Made by a program: the position numbers and the translations under genes
Notes under the pieces: model-generated
Told to the model about the DNA's origin: nothing
What the model saw: the letters and a program-made list of their open reading frames with translations, nothing else
Databases searched by the model: none
IMG/VR virus record: IMGVR_UViG_3300020061_000005
Reading direction: 5' to 3' (one strand)
From: a virus
Taxonomy: Duplodnaviria > Heunggongvirae > Uroviricota > Caudoviricetes
DNA: 64,000 nt
In this document: in pieces, positions 57,049-64,000 of the stretch
Numbering within the stretch: the stretch's first letter is position 1
How the letters are laid out: every line of letters starts with the position of its first letter

Positions 57049-57138
57049 CGTTAGGGGATTAGCTCAGTCTGGTAAGGGGATGCCGGACTCGAACCGACGA
57101 CCATTCGCTCCCAAAGCGAACGCTCTTAGCAGCATCCG
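57049..57138. other. Degenerate or rearranged tRNA-like remnant (minus-strand anticodon arm UGG/Pro-like plus T-arm; plus-strand D-arm half)
   Basis: Minus strand carries TTCGC-TTTGGGA-GCGAA and GTCGG-TTCGAGT-CCGGC. + strand carries GGGGATTAGCTCAGTCTGGTA. No complete cloverleaf on either strand. Confidence 0.3.
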
Positions 57139-57182
57139 GGTTGTGGTAGATTTCCGTCCCATCTCACATAACGAGGTGGCCC

Positions 57183-57422
57183 ATGCCCAACCGCAGCATC
57201 CGCGACGAGCGCCAAGAGTACGGCCGTCCCAAGGTCGGACCCGCCGACCCAGCCACCATCCACGCCAAACTAGAGGAGCGCCTGGCCGAGCGTGAACCAG
57301 CGCCGCCGAAGGCCGCAGCCCCCGCCGAGACACCCAGCCCAACCAAGGATCTTTCCCTGGTCGGCGCGGCCGGCAAGATCCGCGGGCGCAAGTCGAGGAT
57401 CGATGAGGCTTCCGATTTCTGA
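57183..57422 (+). CDS. Hypothetical protein
   Basis: GAGGTGG RBS. Confidence 0.45.
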   Translation: MPNRSIRDERQEYGRPKVGPADPATIHAKLEERLAEREPAPPKAAAPAETPSPTKDLSLVGAAGKIRGRKSRIDEASDF

Positions 57423-57673
57423 TGACTGTGGCGCTCGCCGAGATCCCCAAGGAGCTATCCGCGATTGACCAGGTGAAGCTGGTCTTCATCGACGGGCTGA
57501 ACGCGCGCATCGAGAAGATGTTTCCGAGCCGCTACAAGGCGGCCGAGTTTCTGGACCAGGGGCAGGACACCCTGAGCTTCGTGCGCCACCGGCAGTACAA
57601 CAAGGTCTCATTGGCCTGGCTGGTGCAGCAGACCGATCGCCTGGGAGCGAAGATCACGATCACGATCGAATAG
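57422..57673 (+). CDS. Hypothetical protein
   Basis: ATGA-coupled ORF. Confidence 0.45.
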   Translation: MTVALAEIPKELSAIDQVKLVFIDGLNARIEKMFPSRYKAAEFLDQGQDTLSFVRHRQYNKVSLAWLVQQTDRLGAKITITIE

Positions 57674-57698
57674 CTCTCTCCCCACGGGAACCCGTGCG

Positions 57699-59339
57699 AT
57701 GCTCGATGAACACACCGCACGGCTGATTGCCGGCGAGAAGAAACCAACTCCCATTCAATTACTCACGATGGTTGCGGCCGAGCGTATGCGCCGCGAGTTC
57801 ATCACGTTCGCGCAGCGTGCCTGGCACATCATCGAGCCGAAGTCCTGCAAGTGGAACTGGCACATGGATGCTATCGCCGAGCACCTGGCGTACGTGACTA
57901 CCGGGGATATTCGCTTCCTGATGGTGATGATCCCACCGCGCATGTCGAAGTCGCTGCTGTGCACGGTGCTGTGGCCCGCCTGGCACTGGTTGCAAAAGCC
58001 GCAGACGCAGTTCATCTGTGCGAGCTACAACGCAAATCTCTCCCTGGGTCACTCCGCGCTCTCGCGCCGCATCATCGAGTCTGGCTGGTTCCAGCAGTTC
58101 TACGCGAATGAGTGGTACCTGTTGCCCGATGAGAATCGCGTCGACAAGTTCCGCAACTCGATGGGCGGCTACCGGCTCACCACCTCGGTCGATGGGCGCA
58201 CCACCGGTGAGGGCGGCGATGTCCAGTTAGGCGATGACTTCCACGATGCGAAGAAGGTCGAGTCCGATGCGGTGCGGCAATCTGCGCTCGCCTGGCACGA
58301 CAACGCCTGGCGCTCGCGCGTGAACGATCCGAACAACTCGCAAAAGGTCTACATCGCGCAGCGCACGCACGATGCTGATGTCATGGGCCACGTGATCCAG
58401 CAGGAGGGCCAGCGCTGGGTGCAGCTGTGCCTTCCCATGGAGTTCGATCCCCACCGCAGGTGCATCACGTATCTGAACAAGGGCCGCGGGGATATCAAGG
58501 ACAAGGAGATCTTCCGCGATCCGCGCGTGAAGGAGAACGAGCTACTGAACCCAAAGCGCTTCAACAAGGAAACTTCCGCGATAGAGAAGGCTTCGGGCAT
58601 GACACCGCGCGCCTGGAACGCGCAATACCAGCAGCAGCCCGAAGGACAGGGCGGCCTGATCCTGAAACGGCACTGGTGGCGGCAGTGGGTGTATCCGGAC
58701 TGGCATGAACTCGCCGGCCAGGATCGGCCGTTGCCTGACTTCTTCGAGGTCATCCAGGTTTACGACACCGCGTTCGAGACCGATGAGGAGGCGGACTTCT
58801 CGGCCATGACGTGCTGGGGCTTGTTCACATATCGAGAGAATGATCGCAACCCGAAGACCGGGCTCATGCGTGAGGGGCAGCAGCGCGTGTGCGCCATGCT
58901 GCTGGACAAAATGTGCGATCGATACGCTTATCCAGAGCTGCGCGAGAAGGTGATTTACTACGACAATGAATACGCACCGGATTGGGTGTTGATCGAGAAG
59001 AAAGCGAGCGGGCATTCTCTGATCCAGGAGCTGAAGCGCAAGAAGATCCCCATCAAGGCGGTGAAGCTCACGGATGGCGGGGATCTGATCGCGCGCGTGC
59101 ATGAAGCGTCCCTCATGCTGTACTCGGGCTGCATCTGGTACGTTCCAAGGCAGTGGGCGTACAGCGTGATCGACTCGGCCGCCAAGTTCCCAGCCGGCGC
59201 GCACGATGACTTGGAGGCGACGCTTGCCATCGCCTGGCAGTACATGCGCCGCTACTACGATCTAACCCTGCCAGATGATGAGCCGATCGATGAGATCAGT
59301 CCCTTCCGCTGGAAGCGCGAGCGTCGCAGTTACGCTTGA
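57699..59339 (+). CDS. Terminase large subunit
   Basis: 546 aa. N-terminal ATPase-like region (GDIRFLMVMIPPRMSKS) and a C-terminal nuclease-like region. Typical TerL size. Confidence 0.65.
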   Translation: MLDEHTARLIAGEKKPTPIQLLTMVAAERMRREFITFAQRAWHIIEPKSCKWNWHMDAIAEHLAYVTTGDIRFLMVMIPPRMSKSLLCTVLWPAWHWLQKPQTQFICASYNANLSLGHSALSRRIIESGWFQQFYANEWYLLPDENRVDKFRNSMGGYRLTTSVDGRTTGEGGDVQLGDDFHDAKKVESDAVRQSALAWHDNAWRSRVNDPNNSQKVYIAQRTHDADVMGHVIQQEGQRWVQLCLPMEFDPHRRCITYLNKGRGDIKDKEIFRDPRVKENELLNPKRFNKETSAIEKASGMTPRAWNAQYQQQPEGQGGLILKRHWWRQWVYPDWHELAGQDRPLPDFFEVIQVYDTAFETDEEADFSAMTCWGLFTYRENDRNPKTGLMREGQQRVCAMLLDKMCDRYAYPELREKVIYYDNEYAPDWVLIEKKASGHSLIQELKRKKIPIKAVKLTDGGDLIARVHEASLMLYSGCIWYVPRQWAYSVIDSAAKFPAGAHDDLEATLAIAWQYMRRYYDLTLPDDEPIDEISPFRWKRERRSYA

Positions 59340-59345
59340 AAAAAG

Positions 59346-59376
59346 TTGACACGGTAATATTACCCGTATTACCTTC
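59346..59376 (+). promoter_or_regulatory. TTGACA -35 plus phage direct-repeat motif containing 12-bp palindrome GGTAATATTACC
   Basis: Sequence is TTGACACGGTAATATTACCCGTATTACC. Lies upstream of the 59443 gene. Confidence 0.4.
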
Positions 59377-59442
59377 TACCTCGACGAAGCACATCGCTTC
59401 AGTTGGTTCACCGGCGCCGAGTCCGGTATCGAGGATCTAGCA

Positions 59443-60534
59443 ATGTCAACTCTCACACAGGCTTCAACGCAGTGGATGAATCGCCCTTCCGACCAGCGTT
59501 TCACCTCGCTCATCGAGCTGAACGCACACTGTCTGGAAGCTCGCCGCACCTCCATCGCCAAGACTCTCTCCTCCCGCGGGATCACTGCGCAGCCGGTCGA
59601 TGGCCAGCGCGATGGCCTGCAAGTCATCGGTCCTAACGGTGGCGCCGTCAACCTCACGCATTGGTCTTTCGGGCAGCTCGCGCAACGCGCTGGCGCACCC
59701 GCAGGCTACCTGCGTGATCTGCCTTCGCCGATCGCAGCCGACTGCATCAACTACGGGCTCAAGTACCACCGCGATGTCGAGGATCTGGGCATCCTGCTTC
59801 ACCAGAATGGCGGTCCTGCCGAGCTACGCGCGGTCACCGGCCCGAACTATGGCCGCGTGTGGAACAACACCATCACGGATTCCCTGGTCAAGCGCTTTGG
59901 CGATGGCGTCACTGGTCACTTCCGCGTCCCTGGCGAGTTCGGCAAGCGCGTGGATGTCACCAAGGCCAACACGACCCTCTACGCTTCGGACCGCGACATG
60001 TTCGTGTTCCTGGCTGATGAGGAGAACCGCATCGAGATCCCGAACCGTCGCGATGGCCAGGCTGGCACGCTCGCTCGTGGCTTCTTCGTGTGGAACTCTG
60101 AGGTGGGTTCAACCTCCTTCGGGATCGCGATGTTCCTGTTCGATTACGTGTGCTGCAACCGCATCGTGTGGGGCGCGCAGGGGTACGAGGAGATCCGCAT
60201 CCGCCACACCACGAGTGCGCCTGATCGTTGGATCGAGGAAGTGGTTCCGGCCATCGAGGCATACGCTTCCAGCTCCGCGGTGCCGGTGCGCCAGGCGATC
60301 ATGGCGGCGCAGGCCAAGCGCCTGGATGATATCGATTCGTTCCTCAAGGGCCGATTCAGCAACACGCAGGTGTCGGGCATCAAGGCCGCGCACATGGCGG
60401 ATGAGCAGCGGCCTATAGAAACCCTCTGGGACGCAGCCACAGCCGTCACGGCCTACGCTCGCGGCATCCAGTACCAGGACGAGCGGGTCAAGCTCGAACG
60501 CGAGGGTGGCAAGATTCTCAAGCTCGCTGCCTGA
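59443..60534 (+). CDS. DUF932-like phage/plasmid protein
   Basis: SFGQLAQRAGAPAGYLRDLP resembles the DUF932 family core. Confidence 0.45.
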   Translation: MSTLTQASTQWMNRPSDQRFTSLIELNAHCLEARRTSIAKTLSSRGITAQPVDGQRDGLQVIGPNGGAVNLTHWSFGQLAQRAGAPAGYLRDLPSPIAADCINYGLKYHRDVEDLGILLHQNGGPAELRAVTGPNYGRVWNNTITDSLVKRFGDGVTGHFRVPGEFGKRVDVTKANTTLYASDRDMFVFLADEENRIEIPNRRDGQAGTLARGFFVWNSEVGSTSFGIAMFLFDYVCCNRIVWGAQGYEEIRIRHTTSAPDRWIEEVVPAIEAYASSSAVPVRQAIMAAQAKRLDDIDSFLKGRFSNTQVSGIKAAHMADEQRPIETLWDAATAVTAYARGIQYQDERVKLEREGGKILKLAA

Positions 60535-60588
60535 GTCTCCTGCTGTGATGCGCCTGCCTTTCGGGGGCGCATCCACAAGGAGATTCAC

Positions 60589-60795
60589 ATGACGAGGATT
60601 ATTCACGTGCGCAAGCGCATCGCTGAAGGGTTCGATTATCGCGTGCAGCAACCAGCCGCGCGTCCGGTCGCAGACTGGCGGGCCGACGCTGCCGCTGCGC
60701 TCGCCGAGGGCGGGATGCGCCGGGTCGAGAATGGCGAGACGTTCATCAAGGACCGTGCTGGCAAGATTCTCTTCGAGGTCTACGCATTCGTATGA
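60589..60795 (+). CDS. Hypothetical protein
   Basis: AAGGAG RBS. Confidence 0.45.
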   Translation: MTRIIHVRKRIAEGFDYRVQQPAARPVADWRADAAAALAEGGMRRVENGETFIKDRAGKILFEVYAFV

Positions 60796-60983
60796 AGCAC
60801 GAAACCGAACCTGAGACGCGCGCCGGCAACTGCTGCGGCTGCCACACCTGGCCGGTGCTGCTGTTCAGGGTGCCTGGTCCCTTTCGCTATCGCTGCGCCG
60901 CGTGCTTCGAGAAAGAAACCGGTGCGCCGCACCACCTGGCGCCGCGCCCGGTCACCATCGCTGATCACATGGGAGCACAATGA
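60792..60983 (+). CDS. Small Cys-rich protein
   Basis: CCGC...C..C. ATGA-coupled. Confidence 0.4.
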   Translation: MKHETEPETRAGNCCGCHTWPVLLFRVPGPFRYRCAACFEKETGAPHHLAPRPVTIADHMGAQ

Positions 60984-61124
60984 TGTACGCCAACGATGAT
61001 TCTGTAAGCCTGGGCCGCAGCGTGATCAACATCGCCAAGGGCATTGCCTGCCTGGGCGCGATCGTCCTGGGGCTGATCTTCCTGGCCGTGCATCGCGAGT
61101 GAGCCCTGCCTTCAAGCTGTTCCT

Positions 61125-61448
61125 GTGGGCCATGATCTTTATGGCCTGCAGCCTTTCACTCTGGATACTCGAATGAAGCCACGAATCCCGATCACGCTAC
61201 GCCAGCTCTCCACCTATGCGGTGTACTGGTTCGATGCGCGCGAGCGCAACATGCTTTCGCTCGGGCGCTGGTATCAGTGTTGGGCATTCCGTGCTGGCTC
61301 CCCTGAGCGTAGCGCGCACAACCTGCAGGACTTGCGCGACACGATCGACCTGGCGCGCTATCGGCAGATCGAGTTCACGCGCCGCAATCATTGCAAGATC
61401 CCGAAGCGGCGTCTGCGCTTGGTGCGAAGCGTGAGGGCCGCACAGTGA
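61125..61448 (+). CDS. Hypothetical protein
   Basis: ORF. Confidence 0.4.
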   Translation: MGHDLYGLQPFTLDTRMKPRIPITLRQLSTYAVYWFDARERNMLSLGRWYQCWAFRAGSPERSAHNLQDLRDTIDLARYRQIEFTRRNHCKIPKRRLRLVRSVRAAQ

Positions 61449-61699
61449 GGTACGAGATCCAGGAGATCCCTGGCTACGGCGGCGGCTACCGCATCACCGA
61501 CACCATCGGGGATAATCGTGTGGCCACCTGTTGGGACCCGCACAACGCCAGGCTGATCGTCTCCGCGCTGAACGCCTTCAACGGTACGCACGACTGCGAC
61601 AACGCCAAGCCCTGCGATGCGGCGCATCCCTGGCGCTGCCGCAATCAGCGCGCCATGACGCCTTGCCTGTGCCTATGCCACCGGCCGGCGGACGTATGA
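61445..61699 (+). CDS. Small Cys-rich protein (GTG start)
   Basis: GTGA overlap with the upstream stop. Confidence 0.35.
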   Translation: MRYEIQEIPGYGGGYRITDTIGDNRVATCWDPHNARLIVSALNAFNGTHDCDNAKPCDAAHPWRCRNQRAMTPCLCLCHRPADV

Positions 61700-62157
61700 G
61701 CAAGATTCGCTACGAGCAGCGCACCGTCACCGCGGCGATCGCTGGCATGGGCGTTGCGTTCGCGGCCAACTTCAGCGGGGACGAATACATAATCGTCGCC
61801 GCGGACATCAACGCGCTGGAGAAAGCCTGGCGCCGCATGTGCACCGACAAGGCGCCGCTGCTGGATATCGAGAAACTCAGGCAGGTGGCGGTCTTCGGCC
61901 GCGCCTCCACCATCATTCACGTAGAAGGGGAGTCGTATGCTGTGGCGTCTGATCGGGTGGGTGGTGACGAGGCCGCGGATCACGGATTGGCTGATCCGGC
62001 GGGCGCAACGGCGCCCCTTCACGCACCTGAAGGGCTACATGAACCGCTGGTGGCTGTTCAACCCGCGCTGGCACCTAAGCCGCTGGCCGCTGAAGTCCCT
62101 CCCAGCGATCCGCATTCACCAGATCCTGCGTCGGGATCTGGATCCAGCTCTGCATGA
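61696..62157 (+). CDS. Hypothetical protein; 3' ~220 nt overlap next gene in a low-GC3 frame
   Basis: ATGA-coupled start. GC3 is high up to about 61935, then drops. Confidence 0.4.
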   Translation: MSKIRYEQRTVTAAIAGMGVAFAANFSGDEYIIVAADINALEKAWRRMCTDKAPLLDIEKLRQVAVFGRASTIIHVEGESYAVASDRVGGDEAADHGLADPAGATAPLHAPEGLHEPLVAVQPALAPKPLAAEVPPSDPHSPDPASGSGSSSA

Positions 62158-62443
62158 TCACCCCTTCGACTGGCGCACGATCGTGCTGCGTGGCTCCTAC
62201 ATCGAGGAGGATGTGTTCGGGGATCTCGCGCCGCGCTATGTGGGGGACACCTGCTTTCGGCGCGCCACCGAGTTTCACAACATCATTCATGTTTCCCCTG
62301 GCGGTGTGTGGACGCTGTTCATTTGCGGCCGCAAGGTTCAACGCTGGGGATTCCTGGTTGGGACGCCGGCACGCAAGGTATGGCATCGACGCCACAACCA
62401 GGAGCGCGCCCCGCTAACCGATGAGGTGAGTCATGCTGAGTAA
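61937..62443 (+). CDS. Hypothetical Trp/Arg-rich protein
   Basis: GGGGAG RBS. GC3 about 85%. Confidence 0.5.
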   Translation: MLWRLIGWVVTRPRITDWLIRRAQRRPFTHLKGYMNRWWLFNPRWHLSRWPLKSLPAIRIHQILRRDLDPALHDHPFDWRTIVLRGSYIEEDVFGDLAPRYVGDTCFRRATEFHNIIHVSPGGVWTLFICGRKVQRWGFLVGTPARKVWHRRHNQERAPLTDEVSHAE

Positions 62444-62564
62444 GGTTCTCTCCTTCTGCCTGGCCGCTGCCATGGTGGGGATCTGCCTCACTGCCAGCAC
62501 CTGGCTGATCTTCTCCATCTGCGTAGTGCTGTGGGCGATCGACCATTCGGGGATGCTCAAGTCA

Positions 62565-62860
62565 TGAGCGAGCCATTCCACGTGGGTGAGATCGTGCTGA
62601 CACAGAACCTGCCGGCCTACTTCGCCCCCAACCTGGTCGACGGCCAGGAGGTCGAGGTCTGCGCCCTGGAGGGCCACCACCTGGCGATGCTGAAGGGCGA
62701 GCTTGGCGTCTTCACCGGTTTCGTGGTCAGCGATTTGCTCGGCGACCAGTATGGGGTTTGCCGTAACCATCTGCGCAAGCGCCAGGCACCGCAGGATTCG
62801 CGCACCATCACCACCTGGGACGAGTGTCCCTTCCAACCCGCCAAGGAGCCCGCCGTATGA
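62565..62860 (+). CDS. Hypothetical protein
   Basis: ATGA overlap with the small membrane ORF at 62433..62567. Confidence 0.45.
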
Positions 62861-63054
62861 TCAAGTCACGATTCTCAGAGTGGGGCGAGACCGCGGAGCA
62901 CCGCGCCCGCCTGGAGCGCGTAGAGCGCACCCGCACAGACCGCTCACTACGTATCCGCCAGCGCCAGATCGACGCCCAGCGCCGCCTGAAGGAAGAGCTG
63001 GCCACCATGACAGCCAATCCCTTCGCTGTCCGCGAAGGCCACACCACTCGCTGA
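62857..63054 (+). CDS. Hypothetical protein
   Basis: ATGA-coupled ORF. Confidence 0.4.
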   Translation: MIKSRFSEWGETAEHRARLERVERTRTDRSLRIRQRQIDAQRRLKEELATMTANPFAVREGHTTR

Positions 63055-63063
63055 CCTACACCC

Positions 63064-63276
63064 ATGTCAGTAGGTAACAAGGCGGCTGGGGTTGAATGCG
63101 CTCGCCTCATCCGTGAGGGTGGAGTTCGCAACGTGGATCTCGCCGCCGTGATCGGCGTACACCCCAAGCGGATCTCCCAATGGAAGCACCAGCGCCATCC
63201 TCCAGCCGCCTATGCCCCTGCTGCCATCAAGTGGGGCCTTTTGGTGCTCGGCAAGTCAGTGAAGATCAAACCATGA
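63064..63276 (+). CDS. Putative HTH DNA-binding protein
   Basis: VDLAAVIGVHPKRISQW is HTH-like. Confidence 0.4.
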   Translation: MSVGNKAAGVECARLIREGGVRNVDLAAVIGVHPKRISQWKHQRHPPAAYAPAAIKWGLLVLGKSVKIKP

Positions 63277-63569
63277 CGCAACCCTTTCTTTCTCCTGAAG
63301 ATATCAAACTCCTGTTCGAAGTGAATGGGATCACCAATGACACCACCTTCCTGGTCGATCAGTTGGGCGCCAAGGCCAACTACTCGATCCCCTTCATCCT
63401 GGCGCGCGTGGATGAGATCCCGCAGGTGTGGGGCACGACATCCACCAATGAAGCCGAGGTGCGCTGGGCCGTCACCAAGCGCTTCCTGGAGCTGCTGGCC
63501 GCAGAGGTGAGGCGGCTGCAGCTCATTGAAAAGGTTTACACGCAACTACTCCTGAAGGTCGGACAGTGA
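63273..63569 (+). CDS. Hypothetical protein
   Basis: ATGA-coupled ORF. Confidence 0.4.
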   Translation: MTQPFLSPEDIKLLFEVNGITNDTTFLVDQLGAKANYSIPFILARVDEIPQVWGTTSTNEAEVRWAVTKRFLELLAAEVRRLQLIEKVYTQLLLKVGQ

Positions 63570-63769
63570 GCATCTCTGAAGCCTTGGACGCGGTGCATAC
63601 GCTGCATCGGCGCTACGGGACCGGCATTCACTGCAGCCAGCCGACCTGCAGCGTGTGCGCCTGTTTCGCCCTGGCCAAAGAGGTCGAGCGGTTGAGGGTC
63701 AAGGCCAAGCTGTGCACGCACTGCGATGAGCCTATGGTTGACGGGATCTGCGCCAGATGCAGCCTGTGA
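63566..63769 (+). CDS. Small Cys-rich protein
   Basis: GTG start. CxxC...CxxC pairs. Confidence 0.35.
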   Translation: MSISEALDAVHTLHRRYGTGIHCSQPTCSVCACFALAKEVERLRVKAKLCTHCDEPMVDGICARCSL

Positions 63770-63857
63770 CGCAAGATTCCACCGGTAGAAGCTCAACACG
63801 CGCCGCGTTCCAGCAAAATTCACGAGCCGCTATAGCAGGTAATTGCGTGAGGAGCCC

Positions 63858-64000
63858 ATGAGCGACTACACCCCCGAGGAGCTGGCTTTCATCGAGCGCA
63901 TGAAGGGTGAGGCGATTCACTGCCTGGTCAAGATGCCAACCGGTGAGTGGGCTGGGCTGCACCAGTTCTTCTTCACCACGGGTCTGCTGCTGGGTGTGAC
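63858..64000 (+). CDS. Hypothetical protein, 3'-partial at window end
   Basis: ATG with the frame still open at 64000. Confidence 0.35.
   Translation, partial: MSDYTPEELAFIERMKGEAIHCLVKMPTGEWAGLHQFFFTTGLLLGV

Overview
This 64-kb window is high-GC (~62%) and reads as a tailed-phage or prophage genome segment. It contains no obvious host housekeeping genes and has three main blocks.

1-33.6 kb, + strand: a virion/tail module followed by a lysis cassette.
- The module opens with a 5'-truncated, highly repetitive Ser/Gly/Thr/Asn-rich fibre protein. Further fibre-like, FN3-like and large structural proteins follow.
- It ends with three candidate internal virion proteins, the last being a 2934-aa giant.
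- Sugar-modifying enzymes are interspersed among the tail genes: a GH140/DUF4038-like hydrolase, two GT-A-like glycosyltransferases, an RfbB-like dTDP-sugar dehydratase, a SAM methyltransferase, a GNAT and a 2OG-oxygenase-like protein.
- The lysis cassette has a GH19 endolysin, a holin-like protein, and an Rz i-spanin with an embedded GTG-initiated Rz1 lipoprotein.

33.5-46.4 kb, - strand: an early/accessory block.
- An Rmf-like protein, a wHTH regulator, an ECF sigma factor and a Lar-like anti-restriction protein.
- An AAA+ ATPase, a PurA-family adenylosuccinate synthetase paralogue (candidate PurZ) and a VWA protein.
- An HNH/AP2-like protein, a J-domain/kinase-like fusion, and an SPFH lipoprotein followed by a prepilin-like micro-ORF.
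- A RecT plus YqaJ-exonuclease recombination pair.

46.4-64 kb, + strand, mostly small genes.
- An HNH nuclease, a LuxR-type HTH, a second J-domain protein with HTD in place of HPD, a RusA resolvase and a TerS.
- A Ro60/TROVE (Rsr) ortholog. Between TerS and Ro60 lies a ~0.8-kb ORF-free array of tRNA-like D-arm/T-arm modules and Y-RNA-like repeats.
- TerL, a DUF932-like protein and downstream small genes.

A ~18-bp direct-repeat promoter motif (GGTWAYAC-RGGTAATAY, often behind a TTGACA-like -35) recurs seven times at operon starts. Most gene junctions are translationally coupled (ATGA/GTGA overlaps).
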